Source of the DNA: Chlorokybus atmophyticus
Lineage: Eukaryota > Plantae > Mesostigma and Chlorokybus algae
Direction of reading: 5' to 3'
Assembly (NCBI GenBank): GCA_009103225.1
Contig: RHPI01002990.1
Coordinates: 109,034 to 173,033 of the forward strand
DNA: 64,000 nt
Shown here piece after piece: positions 1 through 11,878 of the stretch (position 1 is its first letter; each line of letters opens with the position of its first letter). The notes under the pieces were generated by a model. It ran no database searches. It worked only from the letters and a program-made list of their open reading frames with translations, and was not told where the DNA came from. The position numbers and the translations under genes are program-made.

Positions 1-2162
1 TTGACCAATGCCCACTTGTGTCCGTAGCTGCATTTTTCAGCTCTTGCAACACTTTTATACCCTCCGTGTCTTCACGAAGCACTTGCCGAATCTGGTCGGT
101 CCACTCGGGCTGCACTTGAGCCAGGGCCTCAATTGCATTAAGCCGGCTCAGCGCGTCAGCAACACCATTTGACGTACCGGGCTTGTACTTGATATCGAAG
201 TCAAAAAGTTGAAAGAACTCAAGCCATCGAGCTTGTCTGCGACTTAGATGAGGTTGTGTTTGTAAGTACCTCAGTGGAGAGTGATCCGTCTCAAGCACGA
301 ACTTTTTGCCCCAACAAACAATGCCATTGTCGTAGCGCCATGACTTGCGCTAAAAGTTCCTTCTCGTGCACGGGGTAATTCAGCTCCGCACCACTCATCT
401 TCTTGCTGAAGAATGCTACTGGTTGAAGGCCGTTGCCATGGTCTTGCTGCAAAACAGCTCATACGGCTGTGTCGGACGCGTCGCAAGCCAAAATAAATGT
501 CTTTTCCATGTGGGGGTGAGCCAGGACTGGTGCCTCCGTTAGCGCCTTCTTCAACGCAGCAAATGCATGTTCCTCTGTTGCTGACCAGCTCCAAGGCTTT
601 CCCTTCTTGAGTAGGGCAGTCAAGGGAGCAGCTATGCGCGAAAACCCCATGATAAACTTGCGATAGTACCCCGCAAGGCCTAAAAAGGACATCACCTCCT
701 TTTCGTTGGTTGGGGAAGCCCACTCGCGCACCACCTGCACTTTGTTGGGGTCCGGCTTGATGCCTTCATGCGACACGATGTGGCCTAGGTACTCCACCTC
801 TCGAAGCAAGAATTTGCACTTTTATAGCTGGGCGTACAACTTGTGTTCGCGCAAACGCTGCAACACGCGCCGTAGAAGTGCCACGTGCTCCTCCTTGGTT
901 TTCGCGTACACCAAAATGTCGTCGAGGTACACGAGGATTCCCTTACCAATCAAGTCAGCAAAAACGCTGTTCATCAGCGTTTGAAATGTTGCCGGTGCGT
1001 TCGTAAGTCCGAAGGACATGACCAACCACTCGTAGTGCCCATAACGTGTGTTAAAAGCTGTTTTCTCCACATCCTCGGGCGCGATGCGAATTTGGTGATA
1101 ACCTCCAGCAAGATCAGATGTTGTGAAGTACTGCGCACCTTGCAATTGCTCCAGCAACTCGTCGATACGTGGGAGTGGAAAGCAATTCCTCTTCGTGATG
1201 TTGTTGAGAGCTCGGTAGTCGACGCACATGCGCAAGCTCCCGTTCTTCTTTCGTACAAACAAAATAGGTGCACCATAGGGGGACTTACTAGGCCTGATGT
1301 AGCCTCTTTCCAGCAAGTCCGCCACCTGCCTCTCGGCCTCTTCCAGTTCCAAAGGTGACAACTTGTATACGGGTCGATACGGTGGCTTGTGCACGCCCTC
1401 AATCAGCTCCACACGGTGGTCTACGCTCCGTGGAGGTGGTAGACCAGATGGAAGTCCGTCCACCATGATATCTTGGTATTCTTTAACAAGTTTACACACC
1501 TCGGGGTCCATAGTAGCCGTCTGAACATCGTCACTCAGCTCCGGTGCTGACTTTGCAGTGTTTTCGCGCACCACGCACAACCATGCAGCCTTTGCCTTCC
1601 GTGGAGACAATAACTTCCTCAATTGCACATAAGAGATCTGGGCAATTGTCGTACCACCTAATTGTGCGTGCCGCGCCTCGATGACGTCCGATGCAGCTTG
1701 AATGGACTCTCCACCGTTTCGCTCGATGGTGAGCACGCGCTTCCTCCAATTGATGGCTGGATTATGTTGCCATAGCCACGGTAGTCCCAAAATCCCATCA
1801 AACCCGTTCCGTAGGGTGATGCAGCAAAATCGCATGCTCTCCTTCATCTTCCCAATGCGAACGCACAACTCTTTGGTCATAAACGCAGCGCCATCACCTC
1901 CAGAGGGTGGCTCTCCATCAGCGAGCTTCACTTCACCTCCTCGTAATGACGAAAGCCAACCGTAACGCCGCGCAATATCAATACTCATAAAGTTGCTGTT
2001 GGCACCGCTATCAATCATGAGCTTACACTCTCTCCATCGTCCTTGGTCATCGCAAATGTGTGCTCGAAGCCCGAAGTACTTTGTTGTCTCCTCGTTTGCA
2101 TAACTCACCACCATTGGCGCGTTCAAAGCCATCTCTTCTTGCTTCTTTAATGGAAATGTCAC
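1..2162 (-). pseudogene. pol: pol (protease, RT, RNase H); protease-RT open for 446 aa, then frameshift and stop
   Basis: MIDSGANSNF, MCVDYRALN, YEWLVMSFGLTNAP, VYLDDILV, ACDASDTAV; frame break near 810-822 and a TGA after DTAV. Confidence 0.92.
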
Positions 2163-2194
2163 AGCATCCGTCCGTGCATGAGGCTCCTTCCTAT

Positions 2195-2237
2195 CCCCAG
2201 CAGTAGCCTCCTCACCTACTGGGGGAAGTCGTTTTCC
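2195..2237 (-). promoter_or_regulatory. Candidate -1 ribosomal frameshift signal: G_GAA_AAC, 6-nt spacer, stem-loop
   Basis: pol frame is -1 to gag and open across the gag stop; CCCCAG(TAG)...CTAC(TG)CTGGGG hairpin at 2224-2195. Confidence 0.7.
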
Positions 2238-3295
2238 TGCTCCACGCCATTTTGCTCCATGGTGTTGACGCGACGATCACGGCGAGGGTTGCCATCCGGT
2301 GTTGGCCTTTGCGTGCTTCGTTTGGAGCATCCGTACGTCAAATGCTCCGTCGACCCACACGCATAACACTTGCGCACACCTTTACCTCTTTCACCACGTC
2401 CGCCGTGCTTCGCCTCACTTCCATGCGTGTGTATGGCACCCACCTCCATTGGTGCAGGCCCAGAGTCAGCTCCACCTCCATTGGCAAGTGCTGAACTTGG
2501 TTCTCCTCGTCTCCATGCATGTTGAAAGCCTCCCCGGGGCTGATCACCATGCCTTTGCCTCCAGTCAGTGTTTCTTGTGGTGGACTTGAAGTACAACGCG
2601 TCGAGACGCTCCGCGATGCGTATAGCCTCCGCGAGTGTCTTCGGGTCCCGTAGCTCCACTTCTTTACGCCCCAAAAGTTTTAACCCACGTGTATACCTGT
2701 CCAGCTGCTCCTCCTCGGTTATATTGGGTATGGACATCACCAATCGCTGAAACGCGGCCATGTACGCCATCACCGACCCCATTTGCACAAGGGCTGCAAC
2801 TTTGTCGCGTGCGGCCTTTACGCTCTCGACGGGAACAAATTGATGCCTGACCTCCAGTGCCAACTCTTCCATGGTGGTCAATGGTAGCGCCAACCCGTTT
2901 GCAACACGCGTACACCGATGCCTCCACCACACAAGTGCTGCACCTTCAAGCAATGTCGCTGCAACCTCCACGTGCAGATGCGTGGGCACCTCCGTGAGCT
3001 TCAACCAAGACGATACTTGAAAAATCCATTCATCCACTGCATCTCCATCACGTTGACCCCTGAATGGCTTGGGCTTTGGCACCTTCACATGCACGCGCGA
3101 GCTTGATACCATGGGAATTTGTACACGCGCCATCGCATGCTCATACGCCTCGCGTTGTGCTTGTGCCGCCGCTTGCGTGTGATGAAGCTCTTCTCTTAAT
3201 GCTAAGATGGCAGCTTGAAGCTCTTCCATGCGAGCATCCTCCATCTCCACTAACACACTACACTCCGCTTCCGAATGAAAAGTGTAAACGCCCAC
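2216..3295 (-). CDS. gag: Gag (Ty3 capsid plus CCHC zinc knuckle), intact 359-aa ORF
   Basis: PKPFRGQRDGDAVDEWIF and LVQMGSVMAYMAAF capsid motifs; knuckle CYACGSTEHLTYGC. Confidence 0.93.
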   Translation of the reverse strand: MGVYTFHSEAECSVLVEMEDARMEELQAAILALREELHHTQAAAQAQREAYEHAMARVQIPMVSSSRVHVKVPKPKPFRGQRDGDAVDEWIFQVSSWLKLTEVPTHLHVEVAATLLEGAALVWWRHRCTRVANGLALPLTTMEELALEVRHQFVPVESVKAARDKVAALVQMGSVMAYMAAFQRLVMSIPNITEEEQLDRYTRGLKLLGRKEVELRDPKTLAEAIRIAERLDALYFKSTTRNTDWRQRHGDQPRGGFQHAWRRGEPSSALANGGGADSGPAPMEVGAIHTHGSEAKHGGRGERGKGVRKCYACGSTEHLTYGCSKRSTQRPTPDGNPRRDRRVNTMEQNGVEQENDFPQ

Positions 3296-3324
3296 ACACT
3301 TCCTCTCTCACCTTCGTAAACCGC

Positions 3325-3336
3325 GCTCCGATACCA
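3325..3336 (-). promoter_or_regulatory. Primer-binding site TGGTATCGGAGC (tRNA-iMet type)
   Basis: Lies 2 nt downstream of the LTR end; one base differs from the usual plant TGGTATCAGAGC. Confidence 0.9.
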
Positions 3337-3338
3337 GT

Positions 3339-4006
3339 TGTGACGGTGCTCGTGCCTTGTCACCTGTGAGTTGGTCCAATCCACAACCCTCTCACCAAGA
3401 CACGGTATTCACACCGGAACCTTGCCCCCTCTGCCAAGCACACACGCGCGCCCCGCCACTCGCGTACGCACGCGCATGCGCTCGAAGCTACACACCGACT
3501 TGTGTAGCGCCTTGGATCGTCACATAAGCAAGCACACACCAGTGGACACACGCTAGCAACCCCTTATAGCCACCACCAAGCTTGCACACAAGAAACTAGG
3601 GAGCTAAAGGTTGTATTGCAAATTGTAGAATGTCACTTTTATACCTACCAGTCTGCACATGCTACTGTCTAGACGATTCTAGCGCTAGACGGAACTAGAA
3701 GCTAAGATATAATTGCAGAATCTTGTAGTACACTTCTAGACCTTTCCAACGCACCAAAGATCTCTTGATTTGCTGCTCATATGGTCAAGTTATACTTGGC
3801 GCCAGGCCCTTCCAGAAATCTGGTCGAGCCCTTCTCGACTGGCCCTCCGTTTTCTGGCACCTTCCGGACTGGTCTTGGGGCCCCGGTCGATATCCGCGGC
3901 AGACTCATAACTTGCCGATATCCGCCACAAGTCATAAAAACATGTACCTTACAAATAAGGCCTAAAACGGCCATGAAAATCATAAAATTTGGCCTTGACT
4001 GTTACA
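3339..4006 (-). repeat. 5' LTR of family A copy 1 (668 bp)
   Basis: TG...CA ends; homologous to 23273-23941, 6821-7505 and 28238-28921; TATAAAAG at 3636-3643 on the minus strand. Confidence 0.93.
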
Positions 4007-5516
4007 CCGGTGCTGCGTTTACAACCAAGGAGTTTGTGTTCACATGGGGAAGGTGGAGGAGAATATGCGTTTCTGCTGCATCACCCTACGGAACGTGTTT
4101 GATGGAATTTTGGGACTTCCGTCGCTGTGGCAACATAACCTATCTATCGATTAGAGAAAGCGTGTGCTCATCATCAAGGGAAACGATGAAGAGTCCATTC
4201 AAGGTCTACGCGCATGCTCCATCGAAGTGGACGACCACTCTTGCGAGGCAAGCAAGAAGGACTTTGTCATAGCTGCGTTGGACGTTGCTAAGGCAAGTAT
4301 GCGCACGTCTGTTGAGCACCTGCAGGGGGATACAAGCACCGGAAAGGCACGTCACGTGCAATCCGGTGGGATTAGCATTGCTCAAGCTCCCTATGTGCAA
4401 TTGAGGAGGCTGCTTTTCCCACAAAAAGCGAAGGCTGCATGGTTGTGCGTGGTGCGTTAGAGCACATTAAAGTTTACACTGAAGCTGAGTGACTGCACTG
4501 AGATTGCCATGATGGACCCCGAGGTGTGCAAACTTGTCAAGGGTTACGAAGATATCATGGTTGATGGTCCAGCTGGTCTGCCACCCTAACGGAGCGTTGA
4601 TCACCGTGTGGAGTTGATTGAGGGCGTGCACAAGCCACCCTACAGCCCTTTATATAAGATGACACCTCTGGAATTGAAGGAGGCCGAGAAGCAGATAGCG
4701 GATCTTCTAAAGAGAGGTTACATCCGGCCAAGTTAGTCCCCTGTGACCACCCTACTCAAGAAAGGGAAGTCTTAGAGCTGGTCTACAAAGGAAGAGCATG
4801 CATTTGTTGCGTTAAAAAAGGCGTTGACGGAGGCACCCGTCTTGGCTCACCCCGACATGGACAAATCCTTCATTTTAACTTGTGACGCATTCAGCACAGC
4901 TATGGGAGCTGTGTTATAGCAAGACCAAGGCATGGGTCTTCAACCTGTAGCGATCTTTAGTAAAAAATTGAGTGGAGCTGAGCTGAACTACCCTGTGCAC
5001 GCGAAGGAGCTATTGGCGCAAATAATGGCGCTGCAACAATGGCGATGCTTTCTTGAAGGCAAAAGGTTCGGCTGGAGGCGGACCATTCCCCATTGAGGTA
5101 CTTACAGGCACAACCATATCTGAGCCGGAGATAAGCCCGGCGGTTGGAGTCCTTTTTAATTTTGAGATCAAGTACAAGACCCGGTACGTCTAATAGTGTG
5201 GCCGACGCGCTAAGCCGTTGAATGCGATTAAAGCACTCGCTTAAGTGCGACCGGAGTAGGCCGACCAGATCCGACAAGTGCTTTGCGACACAAAAGGCAG
5301 GTGAGTCTTGCGGGACATGGAGAGCACAGCAACGGACACAAGTGGACATTGGGCAAAGCAAGACGGCCTACTATGGCATGATGGCCGCTTGTACATCCCC
5401 AATGTTGCACATGTACGCGTTCAACTTTTGAAAGAAGCTCATGACGTACCCATTGCTGGCCATCAAGGAGTGGAGAGGACGTTGGTAAGCTTGAGCAACG
5501 CTTTTACTGGCGGGAG

Positions 5517-6227
5517 ATGCATTGTGATGTACGCGACTATGTGGCGTTGTGCGACGCATGTCAAAGGGTGAAAGCAAGCAACCAAAAGCCAGGTGGGTTG
5601 CTGCAACCTCTTTCCGTGCCATTGTCCAAGTGGGAGCATGTTACTATGGACTTTATGACGGGGCTGAAGACAACAGAAGGGTATGATGCAATACTCGTGG
5701 TTGTAGACAAAATCAGCAAAATGGTACGCTTGGCACCCTGTTGTGAGTCTTGCACGGCACCAGAGGCAGCAAGCTTGTTTATGAAGCATGTCTTTCGTTC
5801 CCACGGACTACCACAAAGCAGCGTAAGCGATCGTGTTCCTTTCTTTACAAGTAAGTTTCGGGAGGCGCTGCATAGTGTATCGTGTATTACCTTAAAGTTT
5901 AGCATGGCTTTCCACCCGCAAGTTGATGGCCAAACGGAGCGAGCGAACCGTGTGATTGAAGATATGTTGCGTTGCTACGTGAATGCACGGCAAGACAATT
6001 GCACGGAGTTGCTGGAAGTGGTGGAATTTGCCATCAACAACCACATCAGTGCAAGCACGGGTGTCACCCCCTTTTTCATAGACTACAACCAACACCCGCT
6101 GACGGCGTGGACCCCGCGATGCAGCGATGTTAATGTGGAAGCAGTAAGCGATTTTCCTACAACGTGTGTGGAAATTAACAAGGCAGCGAGAGAGGCGCTA
6201 TTGGTGGCACAAAATAAACAAAAATAG
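5517..6227 (+). pseudogene. Integrase core fragment
   Basis: CDACQR zinc finger, TMDFMTGL, VVVDKISKMV, DGQTERANR; ends in TAG where the duplicate at ~27645 has CAG. Confidence 0.9.
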
Positions 6228-6820
6228 TATGCGCATCGCCGACACGTCACATTTCGAGAAGGCGACACGGTATTGCTTTTTGCGAGGAACTTACAGGTGC
6301 GTGCTGGAGTTCGCAAGTTAATTGAGCGCTAGCTTGGGCCATTTAAGTCATCAAAGTGGTTTTGGACATGGCGTACAAGTTGCAATTGCCCGACTCTATG
6401 CACATCCACGGTGTCTTTCACATATCCCTGCTGAAATCATATCGAGGAGACCCACCATTGCGTCCACTGCCTGAGTTGGCTACGGAAGGTCATTTGGAAT
6501 ATGAAGTGGAGGACATATTTGGTGAGAAGATGGTGCGCAACGTGCGCAAATATATTTGGAGAAGTGGAAAGGCTAACCGGTGCATGAGGCCACTTGGGAA
6601 CCGGAGGAGCACTTAGCCAATGCACAACATATCCTGCAACAGTATTTGCAACAACGACCCGAGAATCCTCGAGAGCTTCGAGGACGAAGCTCACCTAGGG
6701 GGGAGTGCAACAGTCGAGGCCAAGTTTTATGACTTTATGACCTTTTTTGGCCCATTTATCGAGCAACGACGACCAGAGCATCCTCGAGAGCTTCGAGAAC
6801 GAAGCTCACCTAGGGGGGAG

Positions 6821-7505
6821 TGCAACAGTCGAGGCCAAGTTTCATGATTTTAAGACCTTTGTGGGCCCATTCATGTAACCCTAATCCTGGTGAGGCACCA
6901 CGTTTTTATGACTTGTGGCAGATATCGGCGAGTTATGAGTCTGCCGCGGATATCAACCGGAGCCCCAGGACCAGTCCGGAAGGTGCCAGAAAACGGAGGG
7001 CAAGTCGAAAAGGGCTCGACCAGACTTCTAGAAGGACCTGGCGCCAAGTAGTATACCTTGACCATATGAGCACCTGATCAGGAGATCTTTAATGCGTAAG
7101 AAAGGTCTAGAAGTACAACAAGGTTCTGCAATAATATGTTAGCATCTAGTTTTGTGTAGCACGGGAATCGTCTACACAGTAGCATGTGCAGACTGGTAGG
7201 TATAAAAGCGACATTCTACTATGTGCAATACAACCTTTAGCTCCCTAGTTTCTTGGGTACAAGCCTGGTGGTGGTTAGCAGGGGTTGCTAGCGTGTGTCC
7301 ATTGATGTGTGCTTGCTTGTATGACAATCCAAGGCGTTACACAAGTCGGTGTGTAGCTTCGAGCGCGTGCGTGTGCGTACGCGAGTGGCGGGGCGCGCGT
7401 GTGTGCTTGGCAAAGGGGGCAAGGTTCCGGTGTGAATACCGTGCCTTGGTAAGAGGGTTGTCGATTGGACCAACTCACAGGCGACAAGGCACGAGCACCG
7501 TTACA
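6821..7505 (+). repeat. 3' LTR (685 bp), family A subtype 2
   Basis: TGCAAC...GTTACA, directly after the PPT; duplicate at 28238-28921. Confidence 0.92.
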
Positions 7506-9626
7506 GCGTTGCACCAACCAGGAGCTCGTATGTGTGAGACCAAGTTTGGTGTCTTGAAGCATGAACACACCTTCCCCCTTGAGGAGGAGTGCCCTCAACC
7601 TCAAGAAGACGACATCCTTGCATGATGGACCCGCGGAGGTGTGGTCGCTTCCTAATCCCCGAACCGTTTATGACTACGTATGGATGTCCAGAGAGAGGGA
7701 GGGGAGCTTCATTTCTAGCCAAGCACTACCCCCCAAGAGTATGGCTCACCGGGAATGTCTTGATTGTGCTGAAAAAGCCATGCGTCAGCTGAGGGCACGG
7801 CGGGAGTGGTGGCCATGTTAGGTGCTCTCTCCACCCGCTAAATAACATCAATCATCGCTTGATGGAGAAGTGTACGTGGGCCTCCTCTCACCCCAGCGAT
7901 GAGAGCGGTGTTCAGCCACAGTATGTCAGCAGTGTCGGCCACATTTACGGGGGTGACTGCCTCCTCTTCCGAACTGAACAGATTCCAACTACGGACATAG
8001 ATTGTGCCACCAGAATTCGTGCCGTGTGTAAAGCTAAGCGCGTCCAAGCTTTGCATGTCAGATGGATTGTCTGGCTCAAGGTCAAGGGAGCGGACTGTAA
8101 GTTCTTCAGCAGTTTGTGTTGAGGGGGGACTCCGCACCAGAGTCACCATTGGTATTTGTAAGTGAAAGGAGGAGCTGCGAGACGCGCCCAACCACCATGT
8201 GCCTTGTCTCCAACAATAGAGCATAGCTACAAGACGGGTGTGCTGGGGAGGACTCCTCGCCACCTGTTGAAGAGGGGGGAGTCGTTGGGGTGAGAGCAAG
8301 ACGTTGTGCACGAGGGAGGCGTGCACGGGGAGAGGAGGGGGCAGTGTGGGATTGCTGTGGGGAGGGAGAGCTCATGTGTGTGTCAGGGTTAGCGCTCTGG
8401 CAGCAGAGGAGAGCGCTAACCCTGACACCCCATAGCGGTGCCCTTTTCTACGGTCTCCATTGCCTCCTCTTGCAGTTGCTCATTCTCTGTGTGTTGTTGG
8501 TGCCCTTGCGGAGCATGTGATGGCGAGGAAATTTGTGCATGCCAGTGTTCTTCCACCCACCCATTGGCAGCTTGCGCGAGCTGACCCCTGGTGATGTGGC
8601 CTAGGATTAACTTTGTTTGTTTGTCGTGTCATAGCACCTGCACTGTCGAACCACTAGTTTAATGTCGTCCATTCTTGGGCCTTGCGCAAATCATCGCCTG
8701 GTGTTCAACGATGAGCGAGCAGTCCAAAAGCAGCACGAGGTGATTGCTTTTACTGTTGATGACTGGAGTTGCGCAGAGGAGTATAAACTCTAGCTTCATC
8801 CCCAGCGTCTCTGCATCATCCACTCTCGCTTGTTGCAAAGTTGCGCGAAAGACAGCTGCGGCGTGTGTAATAGGCGACGACTGAGCGGAAGGGGTTGGGT
8901 TAAGGGAGCCGAATGCTAGCTGGGTACGTGTTTTCGTAATGTCCGTAAGCAGTACACAATTGGGGGGGATGTTTTCCGTTGCTTAGGACATGATCATCGG
9001 CATTAGGTGGGCTGACTCTCATGCTCCGTGAAGCGCTGTGACCCAACGTTGCTGTGATGGTCTTTAGATCCAGCGAGGGACAAAGTGACGCCGAGGCTGA
9101 TGGAGACGCCGGGTTGGTGGGGGGAGAATGATGTCCGCTTCTTCGTCCGTCCAAGCATGCTCTTCTTTTCTAAGCATCCGCTTCTTTCAGCTGGTCAAAC
9201 CACAGCTTTGATGGTGTACGGGTGGTTGAAGACTATGGGGGAGCTGGAGATGAGAGAGAAGGGTTCGATTGAATGGTGCGGTGTGTTGCAGTAGTGGGGG
9301 GTACAGCGGTGGTGGGAGGCTGTGAAGATGGGGGTACAGCTGGGGCAGAGCGTGGTGGGGGCGGTGAAGGCAGCATGTTGCATGCCTTGTGAACACTTGC
9401 TTCGATAGTGGTCAAAGGTGTTGCATCTGTAGCAGAAGGGCGGGTAAGACTGCGGACACATGTTGTTGTGGTTTGTCTTTAGTAATTGCATGTGATGTTA
9501 AGGGTGGAGGGGAGCTTAGGTGCGTTCTCTTTGAGTGTGAAGCGATATCTTGTGGAAGTGAAGAAATTGCGGTGAAGAGGGGGGGGCCAATCTCTCCATC
9601 AATCACGAGCGCGCGCGCGCGCGCGC

Positions 9627-9715
<89 letters not shown>

Positions 9716-9716
9716 N

Positions 9717-9747
<31 letters not shown>

Positions 9748-10330
9748 AGGTAAGATGCGGGGGTGGTCTCCATGGAAGGCAATCCATGTCTCGTTCACTC
9801 CGGAGTCGGACCATGGGGAGACGCGTACAGCTTTGTCACCGAGCCTGGGCAGTTTCCCTGCCCGAGCACTTGCAATGACTATCTCATCAGCATCTGATGC
9901 AGAAAGGATCACTTGGATCTTCCCCTTACGGGGATAGTGTGTGGAGACAGTGCCATAATCACGAGATAACTCCACACAAACGGATGCTATGTGTGTCAAT
10001 CTCATGAGGAGTGTCTAAGATTCTACAAAGGTGAATTGAAATGTCAATGCACAGTCCTCTAGTACACGCTGCCAGTCTGAGAAAGATGGATGTATCCGAC
10101 ACCACGTCAATAATGTCTGCTGCCTCGCTGAATGACTGTACCAGAGTGGAATATGTAGAGGAAAAGGAAAGAAGATTGGCAGAGCTAGCATGATTACTGA
10201 CTTAGCTTAAAGAAAAGAATAGGGAGGGGAGGGTCTGACTGCTTGTGCCCATGTCGATGGGGGGAGAGATGAGCGTAGAATGGGCGCAGTCGCCGCTGGG
10301 GGACGTGTTGCTGTTGGAGGTAGATTGGAA
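7506..10330 (-). mobile_element. Degraded L1-like LINE: ORF1 remnants and start of ORF2 endonuclease
   Basis: VSPWSDSGVNETWIAFHG and YPPFCYRCNTFDHYRSKC resemble the L1 ORF1 zinc knuckle region. At 7712-7510, MKLP..S*TVRGLGS...VFMLQDTKL resembles APE motifs SWNVRGL and LQETK. Many stops. Confidence 0.55.
9609..9742. repeat. Compound microsatellite (GC)n-GT-(GA)n
   Basis: About 9 GC units then about 57 GA units (one N); source of the RE/SL-repeat ORFs. Confidence 0.98.
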
Positions 10331-10417
10331 GGGATGAGAGGGATGGGTGTTTGGGAGGGGGTTGTGCAAGGGGGGAGAGTGGTGGGGGGGGGGGGGGGTG
10401 GGGCCTGACAGGGGGGG

Positions 10418-10533
10418 NNNNNNNNNNNNNNNNNNNNNNNNNNNNNNNNNNNNNNNNNNNNNNNNNNNNNNNNNNNNNNNNNNNNNNNNNNNNNNNNNNN
10501 NNNNNNNNNNNNNNNNNNNNNNNNNNNNNNNNN
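10418..10533. other. Assembly gap (116 N) flanked by poly-G
   Basis: N run. Confidence 0.99.
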
Positions 10534-10601
10534 GGGGGGGGATCAATCCCCCGCGCACCCGTCATTGCCGACGCCAATTACGTGTATCAAGAGGCTGTCA
10601 C

Positions 10602-10939
10602 TGTAACGGTGTGCTACCTTCATGGAGGTTCCCCGCCCTTATTTATGATTAAATAAGGGTCCCAACGGGAATATACAGCCTATTAAGCCATATTAGGGCC
10701 GTTAACCTATGTTAAGGCCCTAACGAAGTGTTACTTGTCTGTAACACTGATATCGACATGAGACATGAGTCTCATGTGGATATCAGCCGCATGGCGACGC
10801 TGCTAACGCAGCGGCCGCCATAGCCAGGGGATCTTCTGCTTCGGCAGTTGCCCCTAGCGGCGGCGGCGTGGGTGACCTGGCTGGTGGTGGTGTTGGGGTA
10901 GGGGATTAAAGGGAGGAGTGAGCACCCCCTCTCCTTACA
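10602..10939 (+). repeat. 5' LTR family B (338 bp)
   Basis: TGTAACGG...CCTTACA; roughly 92% identical to the 3' LTR by manual comparison. Confidence 0.97.
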
Positions 10940-10940
10940 T

Positions 10941-10952
10941 TGGTATCGGAGC
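10941..10952 (+). promoter_or_regulatory. PBS TGGTATCGGAGC
   Basis: 1 nt after the 5' LTR. Confidence 0.92.
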
Positions 10953-11354
10953 GCTGGCGGCGAGGGGCCTGTGGGAGGGGCGGCGGCAGGTGGCAGGCGG
11001 CAGCGACTGCAGCGGCGGCGGCAACTAGCAGCCGCTACCCACTAGGGTGGGTAGTGGCGGTTGTTAGCTAGTTGTTGTTGTTGTTGTTGTTATGGTAGTT
11101 ATAGTTGATGCTGGTGCTTAACCTAGCTTAGCCTAGTTTGCTTGCCTTGCCCTGCCTTGCTTAGCCAGGCTTGTTAGCTTGCGTGAAGGGGAGGCGGCCA
11201 CTCAGGCAGCCCCCCAAGCATTGCATGCCCAGCACATCACTTGTAATCACATTATTGTGATAACAAAACTGTGCTTGTGCTTGTGTGCTTGCCACCACGT
11301 GGATTCGTGGTGGTGTGAAGGGTGTGAAATTGTATTCACAAAACCAACCCTTGT

Positions 11355-11530
11355 GAGGCAGTCCGGTGGCAACATCGGCTGCCGTTACCGCAAGTCAGTG
11401 CGGTGAGGCCGTCAGAGTCACTTTGTGCGGCCGAGATTTAACAATTGAGGCAGTCCGGTGGCAACATCGGCTGCCTTTACCGCCAGTCAGTGCGGTGAGG
11501 CCGCCAGAGTCACTGTGTGCGGCCGATATC
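11355..11530 (+). repeat. Two tandem ~92-bp units in the family B 5' leader
   Basis: GAGGCAGTCCGGTGGCAACATCGGCTGCC at 11355 and 11447. Confidence 0.9.
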
Positions 11531-11878
11531 AAACTCACAACTCACAACTCGCTGATATCAGCCTGTAGGGTTGATTCAGCGAAATTTTGGCACCCTGTGT
11601 GTCAATTACAATTGTGGGTTGAGCTGAGTTGTACAAAGTAAAAACTTTAACAAGTTGTAACTTGTGAACCGCCGCGTGGATTCGCGTGCGGTTTGTTTCA
11701 AAGTGAGTGTCTAGTTGAAAGATGTGTGGAGAGTTCTTGTTTGAGCTAAATACTCCACGTAAAGCACTTGAAACTTGACGAGACAAAATCTATAGATTTT
11801 GACACTTTTGCAGTGCACAACTTGTGTGTTTTGTGCACTTGCACACTTCTACTATTGACGGCTTCTATTCTTGGGCAG

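Larger units (their letters stand above)
1..4006 (-). mobile_element. Ty3/Gypsy LTR retrotransposon, family A copy 1 (5' LTR, gag, PR-RT-RH; runs off window start)
   Basis: LTR 4006-3339 (TGTAAC...GTCACA), PBS, gag with zinc knuckle, pol motifs DSGA and YLDD, RNase H CDAS. Inserted into another family A copy. Confidence 0.95.
4007..7505 (+). mobile_element. Family A chromovirus, 3' half (end of protease, RT-deleted pol, RNase H, integrase, chromodomain, PPT, 3' LTR); defective
   Basis: Near-identical to 25398-28921. Integrase HPQVDGQTERANR. Chromodomain YEVEDI...KWKG.PVHEATWEPEEHL. PPT AGGGGGGAG before TGCAAC at 6706 and 6821. Confidence 0.93.

Noticed and set aside
9389-10005. ORFs with RE/SL dipeptide repeats
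   Set aside because: Translation of the (GA)n microsatellite.
10381-10545. Poly-G/poly-Pro ORFs and possible G-quadruplex
   Set aside because: Flank an N gap; likely sequencing or assembly artefact.
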